From Candidatus Poribacteria bacterium (GTDB lineage: Bacteria > Poribacteria > WGA-4E > PCPOR2b), in the NCBI GenBank assembly GCA_965208325.1, contig OZ242326.1:2784001-2848000 (forward strand): a stretch of 64,000 nt of DNA, given 5' to 3'. The notes below the pieces were generated by a model. It saw only the letters and a list, made by a program, of their open reading frames with translations, was not told the origin of the DNA and made no database searches. Position 1 is the first letter of the stretch. The number at the start of each line of letters is the position of its first letter. The position numbers were made by a program, and so were the translations under genes. This document shows positions 19,573 through 29,467 of this stretch, in pieces.

Positions 19573-20301
19573 TTACCCGCACGTCTTTACAAATGCCTTA
19601 AACAAGTTTAGCGCATCAGGATGGCGTTCCCACATCAGCTCCGGATGGCACGCTACTCCCAAAGCAAATTTGTGCGTTGGATTTTCGATGGCTTCGATAA
19701 CACCATCTTTTGAGTGTGCTGTGGCGACAAATCCATCCCCAACCTCGTCTACTGCCTGATGATGGAATGAGTTGACTCGGGTCGATGTGCCGCCGACTAT
19801 CTGTTTTAGGCGGCTGCCCTGAAGAATATCGATCGTATGCGATGCATACCAACCCGGTCCCTTCTGCATATGGCACAAAGTTGGCGGGGGCAATTCCGAC
19901 GCAATATCTTGGTATATTGTACCGCCTGCCGCAACGCTCAAAACCTGCATACCCCGGCACGTTGCTAGAATCGGCAAGTTCTGATCCAACGCTTTTCGTG
20001 TCAGTTGCAGTTCCATTTCATCGCGCACTCGGTCCACATTACCAATCTTCTGGTGCGGCTCCTGCCCAAACAGAAGCGGATCTATATCTCCCCCGCCGGA
20101 CAATATGAGCCCGTCAAGCAACCCGAGGTAATGGTCAATGCAACCCGAATCTTCAACGTGCGGCAAAAGGAGCGGTGTCCCGCCTATATGTTCAATCACG
20201 CGAGCATAGTCACACGCTATTTGATTGCGTTCCAAAAAATGTACGGTGCCTTCAATATTGGTTACTGTCAAACTGCAAGTTATGCCGATAACGGAACGCA
20301 T
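19573..20301 (-). CDS. gamma-Glutamyl-gamma-aminobutyrate hydrolase family (peptidase C26)
   Basis: LILSGGGDIDP, RDEME, CRGMQ nucleophile, VNSFHHQAV, HPE. Confidence 0.9.
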   Translation of the reverse strand: MRSVIGITCSLTVTNIEGTVHFLERNQIACDYARVIEHIGGTPLLLPHVEDSGCIDHYLGLLDGLILSGGGDIDPLLFGQEPHQKIGNVDRVRDEMELQLTRKALDQNLPILATCRGMQVLSVAAGGTIYQDIASELPPPTLCHMQKGPGWYASHTIDILQGSRLKQIVGGTSTRVNSFHHQAVDEVGDGFVATAHSKDGVIEAIENPTHKFALGVACHPELMWERHPDALNLFKAFVKTCG

Positions 20302-20379
20302 TTTTAATCCCTCTGTTTGGACACCGGGAATCAAGTTAAACGCAATACCGAGGACATCGGTAAGGAGGATGTTGAAACC

Positions 20380-21093
20380 GTGTTAATCATACCCGCAATC
20401 GATCTCCGAAACGGAAAATGTGTCAATTTGTTACAAGGACGCCCCGAGGAGGAAACAATTTTTTCGAATCAGCCCGTAACCATGGCACAGCAGTGGCAAC
20501 AGGAAGGCGCCGAATATCTACATCTTGTCGATCTTGATGGCGCTTTTCGAGGTACAGCCGGGAACCTTCCCATAGTCAAGCAAATCATCGGTGCTGTTAG
20601 TATTCCTACGCAATTGGGTGGCGGTATACGCACAATCGAGAGGTTGCATCAGATTATAGGCCTCGGCGTATCGCGAGCAATTCTGGGTACAGCCGCGCTC
20701 AAAAATCCGCAGTTGGTTGAGGAGGCATTGAATATATATGGGGAACGAATTGCCGTCGGCATTGATGCAAAAGATGGAATGGTCGCAACAGAGGGTTGGT
20801 TAAATTTGTCTCAAGTTTCGGCGTTTACATTCGCCAAAGAAATAGAAGCCAAGGGGATTCAAACCATCATCTATACGGACATCAAAAGCGATGGAATGCT
20901 GAAGGGGCCTAACCTTGCGTCAACTCAAACTTTGATTCAGACGGTAAATATCGATGTCATCGCTTCCGGTGGTATCACGTCAATTCAAGATGTCGTAGAC
21001 CTGAAAACGTGCGGAGCAACGGGGGCTATTATAGGCCGCGCACTTTACACGAAAATGTTAAATTTGAAAGCTGCCATTACTGCCGCCCACTAA
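20380..21093 (+). CDS. hisA: ProFAR isomerase
   Basis: IIPAIDL, LHLVDLDGA, QLGGGIR, TDI..DGML.GPN, IASGG. Confidence 0.96.
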   Translation: MLIIPAIDLRNGKCVNLLQGRPEEETIFSNQPVTMAQQWQQEGAEYLHLVDLDGAFRGTAGNLPIVKQIIGAVSIPTQLGGGIRTIERLHQIIGLGVSRAILGTAALKNPQLVEEALNIYGERIAVGIDAKDGMVATEGWLNLSQVSAFTFAKEIEAKGIQTIIYTDIKSDGMLKGPNLASTQTLIQTVNIDVIASGGITSIQDVVDLKTCGATGAIIGRALYTKMLNLKAAITAAH

Positions 21094-21108
21094 GTACCCC
21101 TCTCTCTT

Positions 21109-21564
21109 CTACTCATCTGGACGAATCCAACTTACTACGTCTTCAGCTTCTCCCGATCCACCTTCGCGCCCATCACTGCCAAATGAAATCAAATCGTAAC
21201 CGTAGCGATCGTGGACGCCGGGGCGAATATAAATGTACTCATTCTGCCACGGATCCTTTGTAAAAGGTATCTTTAAGTACGGTCCACTCCAATTGACTGG
21301 AATAGGCGGTTTCTCAGGCTTTTCCCAGAGCGCAGTAAGTCCTTGCGCGGTCGATGGATAATCCCCATTGTCTTTCGCATAGCTATCAAGCGCGATGCCG
21401 AGCGCTTCAATCTCTTCAGCAGCCTGCGCTTGCAGGGCTTTTCCCGCTTGTCCAAGTATGCGGCCTCCGCCAAAAATGACCGCCGCCACAACACCTATGA
21501 TCACAATCACTACCAGGAGCTGGGTAGATGTCAGACCAGACTGTTGATTGTTAGTCCTTCTCAA
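21109..21564 (-). CDS. gspG: Type II secretion major pseudopilin GspG-like
   Basis: YPSTAQGL.AL, W.GPYL, DPWQNEY.Y..PG, YDLISFGSDGREGG. Confidence 0.85.
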   Translation of the reverse strand: MRRTNNQQSGLTSTQLLVVIVIIGVVAAVIFGGGRILGQAGKALQAQAAEEIEALGIALDSYAKDNGDYPSTAQGLTALWEKPEKPPIPVNWSGPYLKIPFTKDPWQNEYIYIRPGVHDRYGYDLISFGSDGREGGSGEAEDVVSWIRPDE

Positions 21565-21723
21565 ACGAATTTCCTCCACTTTCTTTAGACAATCCCATTT
21601 TAGCACAACCGCCTTATGCCTGCAACTACATTCCATTTGTCTCACGAAATTCCAAAACCGGTTTTCGTTGACAAACTGTTGTCTTGCTGCAAACGCAACA
21701 ATCGACCTTAACCTGAAGAAATA

Positions 21724-22626
21724 TCAAAACGTCTGTTCGTTAAACTCTCGTTCCAATGTTCTCACGTTTTCCATCCCTGTGAGCTGTGCGACTTCTTGAA
21801 GCGGCATTAGCTCATCCGCTAACGATTTAGTTGTGCCTTTATCCTGTAGTTCCTTCATTACCCGAGTAACTGCTTTTGCCGCCGCCATGAGCGCGGTCAT
21901 AGGGTATATGACAACCTTAAATCCCATATGGTACAGTTCGTCACTGGTGAGCAACGGTCTTCCGACGGTTTCTGTCATATTCGCCAGTACATGAGCATAA
22001 GGGCCAATGTTCTGGGCAACTATCTTTAATTCGTCGACAGTCTCCTCAGTGTAACCCGGATCAACAAAGATTATGTCTGCACCCGCCTGAGCGTACGCAA
22101 TGCCGCGCTTTACACCCGCTTCCAACCCTATCGCCCGGCTTGCGTGTGTTCGGGCAATCACCACAAAATCTGGGTCCATCTCCGCTCGCACCTTGGCTAC
22201 GGCTTTCAGTTTGCGAGTCATCGCTTCCACCGGAATGACATCCCCTCCGCCTAAAGATGGCGATCGCTTGGGCGACACCTGATCCTCAATATACATGCCC
22301 GCCAGCCCTGCCTGAATGACTTCTCGCGTTGTCCGCAGCACATTGAAAAAATCCCCGAATCCGTCATCCATGTCGCAAATCACAGGGAGGTTTACTGCAG
22401 CCGCCATGTTTCTAGCATAGCTTACCATTTCGGTTGCGGTGAGCATCCCTATATCCGGCATTCCCAGAAAACTTGCCGCCGTGTTGTAACCACCGTGCAA
22501 TGCCGCCTTAAACCCGGCGCGCTCTATGATACGAAGAGAAAGGCAGTCATAAGCACATGGGGCAACAATTACGCCGGGTCGTTCCAGTAACTCCCGAAGT
22601 TGCGTCGTTCTTTTTTCGTTTATCAT
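21724..22626 (-). CDS. Isocitrate lyase/PEP mutase superfamily enzyme (PrpB-like, atypical active loop)
   Basis: YDCLS, G.PDIG, DMDDGFG, IEDQ..PKR, VIART, AGAD. Confidence 0.85.
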   Translation of the reverse strand: MINEKRTTQLRELLERPGVIVAPCAYDCLSLRIIERAGFKAALHGGYNTAASFLGMPDIGMLTATEMVSYARNMAAAVNLPVICDMDDGFGDFFNVLRTTREVIQAGLAGMYIEDQVSPKRSPSLGGGDVIPVEAMTRKLKAVAKVRAEMDPDFVVIARTHASRAIGLEAGVKRGIAYAQAGADIIFVDPGYTEETVDELKIVAQNIGPYAHVLANMTETVGRPLLTSDELYHMGFKVVIYPMTALMAAAKAVTRVMKELQDKGTTKSLADELMPLQEVAQLTGMENVRTLEREFNEQTF

Positions 22627-22682
22627 AGGTGTGCATAACAGTCAAGCTTACCGCGAGTCATGGGCAAAAAGTTATTTAATCT

Positions 22683-23081
22683 TTAGCGTATTCGTTCCCA
22701 ATCCTTCATCAAGTCCCGATAGGCTCCAACTGGCCCAAATACGGGGGGTGTGTTCACCCAGTAGAGTTCCATCTCCTCATCACCAGTGTTGATGGCGCGG
22801 TGACCTACACCAGGGGCAATGTATACCGCAGTTCCTTGCTCCACATCAACTACGCGATCGTCCAATACAAATTGACCCGTCCCCCGCACAACATAATAAA
22901 TCTCTTCTCCTTCGTGAACACTCAGCTTCGTCTGTTCCTCGCCAGCCGGTAATATTACGATTCCGGCCGCGATATTGGCGGTGGGAGTGATGTCTCTTTC
23001 GAATATCAAGCCCATACAACGCCGGTGCGGGCGTGGTGATTTCCATAACATACACTCATTCGCTTTCACGACATCCTTCAT
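22683..23081 (-). CDS. Cupin-domain protein
   Basis: HEGEEIYYVVRGTG...VYIAPGVGHRAIN. Confidence 0.85.
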   Translation of the reverse strand: MKDVVKANECMLWKSPRPHRRCMGLIFERDITPTANIAAGIVILPAGEEQTKLSVHEGEEIYYVVRGTGQFVLDDRVVDVEQGTAVYIAPGVGHRAINTGDEEMELYWVNTPPVFGPVGAYRDLMKDWERIR

Positions 23082-23161
23082 CGTTTTTCCTCTCTTTTGT
23101 TTCAATAAGTGCTCCGTTCGTGACAAAATGTCTCTTGTCAACGTTCTACTTTATGATTCGC

Positions 23162-24025
23162 TCATGTTTCGCCTGCTAACGCGTCGGTGCTTGTAGCGGG
23201 CGAAAGGGCGCCCACGCCGCCATCGACACACAAGAGAGAACCGTTCACATAGTCAGAATCCGGAGACGCCAAGAACAACGCGGCGCGAGCCTGTTCTTCG
23301 GGTTGCCCCAGCCGTTGAAGTGGTACCCGCTTTGACCTATCAGCGCGATATGCTTCAGTCGTCGATTCCAGTAGCATCGGTGTCGCAGTTGCCCCGGGAC
23401 AGATACAGTTAACGTGGATATTGTATTTCCCCCATTCTACAGCTAACGCCCTAGTTAATCCCGCCACGCCGTGCTTTGAGGCCGTATAATGCGCCATCTG
23501 GGGCACGCCGCTAATTCCTGCTGTAGATGCAAAATTCACAATCTTCCCGGACCGCTGATTAATCATGGCCTTTCCAACTTCCCTGCAACACAAGAAAACC
23601 CCAGTCAGATTCACATCAAGCACTCTTCGCCATTCCTGCAAGGAGACCTCCGCAGTAGGTCCAAACTCGGCAATGCCGACACAGTTGACGAGGATGTCAA
23701 TCCTATGAAACTCCTGTAATACGGTATCGGCCAACCTTAACACCTGATTCTCATCTACGACATCTAGTGCTTGTGCTTGTGCATGACCTCCTGCCATTCT
23801 GACTTTTAATGCCACATCGTTCGCTTTCTCATCATCTATATCGCCGATGACGACCCTCGCTCCCTCTTGGCCAAAAAGTTGAGCGATAGATGCACCCATT
23901 CCCGATGCTCCGCCCGATATAATCGCAACCTTGTTTTGTAGCTTCATCGAAAACCTTTTGACATTGGGCTGATATTGAGGGATTTCGGTTACTTTGGCGG
24001 AAAAATTTTGCCGCGATTCACTCAA
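23162..24025 (-). CDS. Short-chain dehydrogenase/reductase (start may be 23947)
   Basis: SGGASGMG, YTASK, VNCICPG, VDGG. Confidence 0.92.
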   Translation of the reverse strand: MSESRQNFSAKVTEIPQYQPNVKRFSMKLQNKVAIISGGASGMGASIAQLFGQEGARVVIGDIDDEKANDVALKVRMAGGHAQAQALDVVDENQVLRLADTVLQEFHRIDILVNCVGIAEFGPTAEVSLQEWRRVLDVNLTGVFLCCREVGKAMINQRSGKIVNFASTAGISGVPQMAHYTASKHGVAGLTRALAVEWGKYNIHVNCICPGATATPMLLESTTEAYRADRSKRVPLQRLGQPEEQARAALFLASPDSDYVNGSLLCVDGGVGALSPATSTDALAGET

Positions 24026-24809
24026 AGTGGTGCGCGCGAATACATGCAGTTAATCCGCCATCGACCGGCAGAACAACACCGGTTATCCATGACGAATCTG
24101 GGGAGGCAAGAAACAGTGCGGCTTTCGCGACATCCGATAACTTGCCTAATCTGCCCATCGGGATTGATCGTAGCATACCTTCTTTAAATGCTGGATTCGT
24201 TGCCTCCATCAACAACGGCGTCTCAATCGTTGCCGGACAAATACAGTTGACATTTATGTTGTATGCGCCCAAGTCTACAGCGAGCGCTCTCGTCAGCCCC
24301 ACAACCCCGTGTTTCGCAATGCTATAAGAAGCAGCTTGAGGAATCGCGCGTACGGCAGCCGCTGACCCGATATTGATAATTTTTCCGCTTCGCTTTCTCA
24401 TCATCTCGGGCATAACCGCGTGACACGTGTTCCACATGCCGTCAAGATTGATAGATCGTATCTTCCGCCAAAGCTCCATCGAATAGGCATCAGGCGGTAC
24501 AAAGTGGTTCCAACCGGCACAATTGACCAAGATATCAACTGTACCAAGCTGCCGCAAAGCCTTTTCGACTTCCGCTTTCACCCCTTCATCATCTGTAATA
24601 TCTGTTTCTGAGGCAATAACTTCGCCATCAAGTTGTTCAATCGCCTTGGCTACCCTGGTACCGCCGGGACCATCAATGTCCATAACAACCAATGCGGCCC
24701 CTTGTCGAGTGAACTCCATGCAAATCCCTTCGCCGATACCCGAAGCGCCGCCTGTGACTATGGCGACCTTACCCTGCAATTGACCGCCGCTTGATGATTG
24801 GTCCGCCAT
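24018..24809 (-). CDS. Short-chain dehydrogenase/reductase
   Basis: TGGASGIG, NCAG, YSIAK, VDGG. Confidence 0.93.
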   Translation of the reverse strand: MADQSSSGGQLQGKVAIVTGGASGIGEGICMEFTRQGAALVVMDIDGPGGTRVAKAIEQLDGEVIASETDITDDEGVKAEVEKALRQLGTVDILVNCAGWNHFVPPDAYSMELWRKIRSINLDGMWNTCHAVMPEMMRKRSGKIINIGSAAAVRAIPQAASYSIAKHGVVGLTRALAVDLGAYNINVNCICPATIETPLLMEATNPAFKEGMLRSIPMGRLGKLSDVAKAALFLASPDSSWITGVVLPVDGGLTACIRAHHFE

Positions 24810-24864
24810 TAATGCGCTCCTGTTTTCCCAGTGCCGGAATCAACGATAACTCTACTTTTTGCAT

Positions 24865-24892
24865 ATTATACGTGGATACATCCTAAAGTCAA
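24865..24892 (-). promoter_or_regulatory. sigma70-type promoter for SDR-SDR-cupin-lyase operon
   Basis: TTGACT-N16-TATAAT on the minus strand. Confidence 0.5.
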
Positions 24893-25295
24893 GTAGAAAG
24901 AAATCATAGGAACAACCTCCGTGGGCCGCCAAAAAAGAAGAACTGTCACGATGGCTGCGTTCTTAACCGCAACCGCAACATGCCCGATATTGAATTAAAA
25001 AATTCAGATTTTTCTCTTGATTTTTGATGTGAAGGTTTTTATAATGCTTTGGACTCTGGAACTTGGGTAGAACACGGTTAACATCTCGTATGGAAACAGG
25101 TTGTCAGATAGAGATGATTCCTCAATTGCCTTTTTCTGCTTTATAAAATGTTAGACCTCTGTAAAAATAACACCTACTTGGGATCTCATGAAAAACAGCC
25201 CGCGGGTGATGAGAAGTGGTTTCGTATTGCCTACCCGCCGACTCGTGGCAAGTTTCTACACATTGAAATACTACACCCATCGGTACCCATTGTAA

Positions 25296-26789
25296 ATGGA
25301 GCGCTTTATGTCGTTTACTGCGGAATCTAGTCAACTCAACGTGCAAAATCCCGCCGACGGTGAGCGGGAGATTCCGGCTCTGCTGCCTCGTGACGTCCCT
25401 GGGCATCAGTTTGTCGTCTATGCTGATTGTTGCTCTGGCGTGCCCGGCGCAAAATTTGAACCAAACTTCGCCGCTGTGAATGCCGTGGTAGCGAGGATTC
25501 ATCCCCAACCCGATTTCATCATCTTTCCTGGTGACCACATTCTGGGAATAACCCAAGACTATGCCGCGTTACGTCAGCAGTGGAACTATTGGCTTCAGAC
25601 TGAAATGAAACGGCTCAAGAAACGGTCTATTGAAATATTCCACACAACCAGCAACCACAACACATACGATGTCGAGAGCGAACAAGTGTGGCGTGACGTC
25701 TTTCCTGAAATCCCCTGCAATGGCCCCGCAGGTCAGGAGGGCTTGTCTTATTTCGTACGCCGTGATGACTTTTTGCTTGTGTGTGTCAATACGGCGTTCT
25801 CTGGACTAGGAGGCAACGGCCACGTTGAGCATGAATGGCTAGACCAAGTGCTATGTGCCAATGACGATGCCGCGCACAAATTTGTCGCCGGGCACCATCC
25901 GGTTCTGCCAGTAAATGGCTACGAACGGTATCCATTCTGGCGGATTGTACCCGATGAAGGACAAGCGTTTTGGGACATTTTGGTTAAACATCATGTCCAA
26001 GCTTACCTCTGCAGCCACATTATTGCTTTTGATGTTCAGGCACAACAGGGAGTGCTTCAAGTCTGCACCGGCGGGGCGGGAACCAACTATGGGCCCGGCG
26101 GTTTCATGCCCGGTCGAACAGAATATCACCACGCCGTGCAGTTTGCTGTCGACCCCGCAGGTACACGCTACCAAGTGATTGACACTAATGGTACAGTACG
26201 TGAGCGGCTGGAATGGCCGATATCGCTCCCGCTGGCGGATGAATGGAAACATGTAAATCCTGAGGAGGCATCGGCAACGTTCGGAGGCGCTTGGGACGAT
26301 TCTAGTCACAATCTTGGCGATGATTGGCTTTGTGCGTGGCGCATCTCAGGAGTGCTGCACCACATTGCATCTGGCAAAAACACACAATCCCTCCTCTGTG
26401 GATGGGACGACCTTGAGGGCGCCGCGACAATCTGGATTGGATTTGAAGGCTGTCCGCCGGTGCTCACGATTAAACTCGTGACCGAATCTGGAATGGGAAC
26501 ACAGACCTGGACTGGTACGGTATTAACACCGGGAGAACCTTTTGATTTTGAGCTGGCGCTGCACAGCGGGATGGGCCCCGGCGGTGTTCTGTATCGGTTA
26601 GATGACGCATCTCCTTGGTCGTCATTGCAATCATCTACGTCCATGGGGGCGGAAAACCTCATATGGCCGCGCAAATGGTACATTGGTCACAGCCAAAGCG
26701 GTATATCCGACCGCCCGTTTTTAGGTGGCAATCTGCGCGCAGCCTGGACAAAACGCCATCTCCCAACACCATCGCAAAGCGGTCATTAA
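25296..26789 (+). CDS. Calcineurin-like metallophosphoesterase with unknown C-terminal domain
   Basis: FVVYAD, PGDH, SNHN, GHHP, YLCSH, TGGAG. Confidence 0.75.
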   Translation: MERFMSFTAESSQLNVQNPADGEREIPALLPRDVPGHQFVVYADCCSGVPGAKFEPNFAAVNAVVARIHPQPDFIIFPGDHILGITQDYAALRQQWNYWLQTEMKRLKKRSIEIFHTTSNHNTYDVESEQVWRDVFPEIPCNGPAGQEGLSYFVRRDDFLLVCVNTAFSGLGGNGHVEHEWLDQVLCANDDAAHKFVAGHHPVLPVNGYERYPFWRIVPDEGQAFWDILVKHHVQAYLCSHIIAFDVQAQQGVLQVCTGGAGTNYGPGGFMPGRTEYHHAVQFAVDPAGTRYQVIDTNGTVRERLEWPISLPLADEWKHVNPEEASATFGGAWDDSSHNLGDDWLCAWRISGVLHHIASGKNTQSLLCGWDDLEGAATIWIGFEGCPPVLTIKLVTESGMGTQTWTGTVLTPGEPFDFELALHSGMGPGGVLYRLDDASPWSSLQSSTSMGAENLIWPRKWYIGHSQSGISDRPFLGGNLRAAWTKRHLPTPSQSGH

Positions 26790-26833
26790 CTGAGACAATC
26801 TTCCGTTAGGTACTTGCATAGCTTCATGGAGAA

Positions 26834-27652
26834 TTGATTCCGATGCGATTCGTGTACGTTATTTCCATACTCTTCTCCGCTTTGCAATTTCTTGTGCCTT
26901 CAGCCGGCGCGCAAGAAGATTTGTTGATTTACCTCCCATTCAATGAAGGAGGTGGAGTGCGCACCGAAGACGCTTCGGGCAACGGTTTTGACGGAAAACT
27001 CAAAAATGGAGCTAAGTGGACGGAAAACGGCAAGGGTGGTAGCGCCGTAGAATTTGGGAACGGGAACAATTCCCATGTTGCAGCCGAAGGAAAAATTCTC
27101 GACCCGATCTTAGAATCAGGGCAATTTACCATTGGCGCTTACTTTAAACTCACACAGCATCGTGGTTTTGACGCAATTATTAGCGTTGAGATGCAGGGCG
27201 CCGGTTGTTGCAAATATCGCATTCTGGTAAGCCCGGGTTTTAATCCCTATTGGAACGCATCAAACGGCCCGCCAAATGACAGAACCTTTGCCGGTTTCCA
27301 ATTTAAACTAAATACATGGTACAATTATGTCTTGACTTATGATGGTCAAAGGGGACATGTCTTTGTCAATGGGAAACTAATAACGGGCGTTGATGAAGGG
27401 ATAACACCGCCCATTGCTAGTCCATCTACGCTATACGTCGGGAGGGGCGAAGCTGACGGAATGCATACACTGGAAGGCGGTGTTATCGACGAAGTTTTCA
27501 TTTTCAGCCGCGCTTTAACACAGAGGGAAATTCAAACCATCATGAAAGGCGGCGTAATTCCTGCCGTCAGTGCTTTTGGCGTCGATCCTAAAGGTAAATT
27601 GTCAACCACTTGGTCCGCCCTAAAAACACATAGAATCGTGGACAGCTATTGA
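26834..27652 (+). CDS. Secreted LamG/concanavalin-like domain protein
   Basis: Signal peptide, YLPFNEGGG..DASGNG, WYNYVLTYDG..FVNG, GVIDEVFIFSRAL, tail VDPKGKLSTTWSALK. Confidence 0.88.
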   Translation: MIPMRFVYVISILFSALQFLVPSAGAQEDLLIYLPFNEGGGVRTEDASGNGFDGKLKNGAKWTENGKGGSAVEFGNGNNSHVAAEGKILDPILESGQFTIGAYFKLTQHRGFDAIISVEMQGAGCCKYRILVSPGFNPYWNASNGPPNDRTFAGFQFKLNTWYNYVLTYDGQRGHVFVNGKLITGVDEGITPPIASPSTLYVGRGEADGMHTLEGGVIDEVFIFSRALTQREIQTIMKGGVIPAVSAFGVDPKGKLSTTWSALKTHRIVDSY

Positions 27653-27818
27653 GGAGGAAGCCATAGGTTTTAATTTGGAGGTCAGCATAAATCTACGTCC
27701 GCCATTCAATTTAATAACAAAGCACCGATAATGACTCCCCATTTTAATTCCGTTAAAGGTTTCTGACGAGTGTATTTCACGATCGCGCATTAAACTATCA
27801 ATAAGGAGCTATTGCTTT

Positions 27819-29381
27819 ATGACAAAACTCAACGACGTGAACACGACTGACATCCACGACGCCATTTCTCTAGGTTGTCGCACCATGTGCTGCGTTTTCA
27901 ACGCGGACGACAATGACATCCCCTTTTTCGGGTCGCTTGTGCGCCCTGATGCGAAGTTGACCTTCGCTTCGTATGCTTCGGAATCCCATGTTCCAGGACG
28001 TCACTTAAACGCATTGTTAAATGCTGAAGATGCTACCGGTATCGAACTGGACGAGGATGCGATCGAAAAGCATGCGAATGCCGCATTCTATTCTTATAGC
28101 GGCCCGATACCGCTGCCCTTGAATCGAGAGACTATCGACGGCGAACTAAAGAATTGTATCGCACACAATATTCGAGAAGGCTTTCATGCGCTCTACGCAC
28201 TTGCCAAATACCGGCAGTCCGAGCAAGCCTGCCGCTTAGCCGAGGATTCAATCGCCGCCATTTTCGAATATTGGGCACCATCTCACGCCTGGGATCGGGA
28301 ACGCATAGAAGAAATGGGGTTGAGAGCCCCTGGCGATGCATTCGTTACCGGTTTAGCGCGTGCCATCGGCCCGCTGGTAAAGTATTACGAAGCAACGGGA
28401 TACGGTCCCGCCTTGGATTTAGCAATCGTCCTCAAGGAGAAAACCATCAACGGAATCTTCACTGAAGAGGGCGGATACGACCCGGAAATTTTTGCGACCC
28501 ATACCCATTCGACAACCTGCATCATGTCATCTCTTGCTCAACTCGCGGACCTAACAAGCGATTCAACACTAATGAATCGAGTGAAGGCTTTTTACGACAA
28601 CGGGCTTTGGGACATTCGCGATGCGCTTGGATGGGTAATCGAGTCTAGCCGCGAGGATGCATCTCCGGATAACGGCGAAGTAAATAACACCGGGGACATC
28701 GTTGAAACAGCGTTGATTCTAGGCAGTTGGGGTTACACGGATTATTACGGGGACGCTGAACGCATTTTGCGCGGACACCTGCTCCCTTCCCAATTACGCG
28801 ACATCTCCTTTATCGAAGAGCCGCCCAACCCGGAGGGCGAAGACGGCAAGCGCGATGTTGCCAACAGGCATCAAGGCGCATTCGGCTTCCCAGCACCTTA
28901 CGGTCACCAAGCAGTTGAAACCTCCCACGTAAGTTTCAACATGGACATCGTCGGCGGTGCGGTCGGTTCATTGTGTGAGGTATATCGGGAGGCAACACGG
29001 TTCGATTCCGCCGGACATTGGGTCAACCTTCTTTTCGATCACGAAACAGATGCAATCAACGTTCAATCCCCTTATACCGGATCGGCGTTACGAATTAGGA
29101 CAAAATACCCGGCCCCCTTATTTGTCCGCATTCCTTCTTGGGTTGATCCGGCGAGTATAACGGTAGAGGGAACATCTGAATCGCCAAGGCACACTAACGG
29201 CTATCTTTTTATCGGCGAACCTCCAGTGAATCGCGTGTTATCCCTTAAGTTCCCCATTCCCGAGCAGGAAATTCAGCTTAAACACCGCACGAGGAAAATT
29301 CGCACTCGGCTTCGGGGCGATGCAGTGGTTGCCATGCAGAACTTCGGTGCGGATCTAACGTTCTTCGATCCAATCGATTAA
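27819..29381 (+). CDS. Hypothetical protein, possibly GH127/GH146-like alpha-barrel glycosidase
   Basis: 520-aa ORF with RBS; Y..DAER..R.HL and a C-terminal beta region (VNLLF, L.VRIPSW) reminiscent of GH127. Confidence 0.5.
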   Translation: MTKLNDVNTTDIHDAISLGCRTMCCVFNADDNDIPFFGSLVRPDAKLTFASYASESHVPGRHLNALLNAEDATGIELDEDAIEKHANAAFYSYSGPIPLPLNRETIDGELKNCIAHNIREGFHALYALAKYRQSEQACRLAEDSIAAIFEYWAPSHAWDRERIEEMGLRAPGDAFVTGLARAIGPLVKYYEATGYGPALDLAIVLKEKTINGIFTEEGGYDPEIFATHTHSTTCIMSSLAQLADLTSDSTLMNRVKAFYDNGLWDIRDALGWVIESSREDASPDNGEVNNTGDIVETALILGSWGYTDYYGDAERILRGHLLPSQLRDISFIEEPPNPEGEDGKRDVANRHQGAFGFPAPYGHQAVETSHVSFNMDIVGGAVGSLCEVYREATRFDSAGHWVNLLFDHETDAINVQSPYTGSALRIRTKYPAPLFVRIPSWVDPASITVEGTSESPRHTNGYLFIGEPPVNRVLSLKFPIPEQEIQLKHRTRKIRTRLRGDAVVAMQNFGADLTFFDPID

Positions 29382-29467
29382 ACTGCGCGCACTGCTACAA
29401 TGAACATTAACTCTGCTTGGGTATGGCAGCGCTGCATGGGGCTAATTCAGACTTGTGAAGCGAATGG

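Noticed and set aside
19573..20301. HisH glutaminase, given adjacency to hisA
   Set aside because: The motifs (GGGDIDP, VNSFHHQAV) are those of peptidase C26/PuuD, not HisH.
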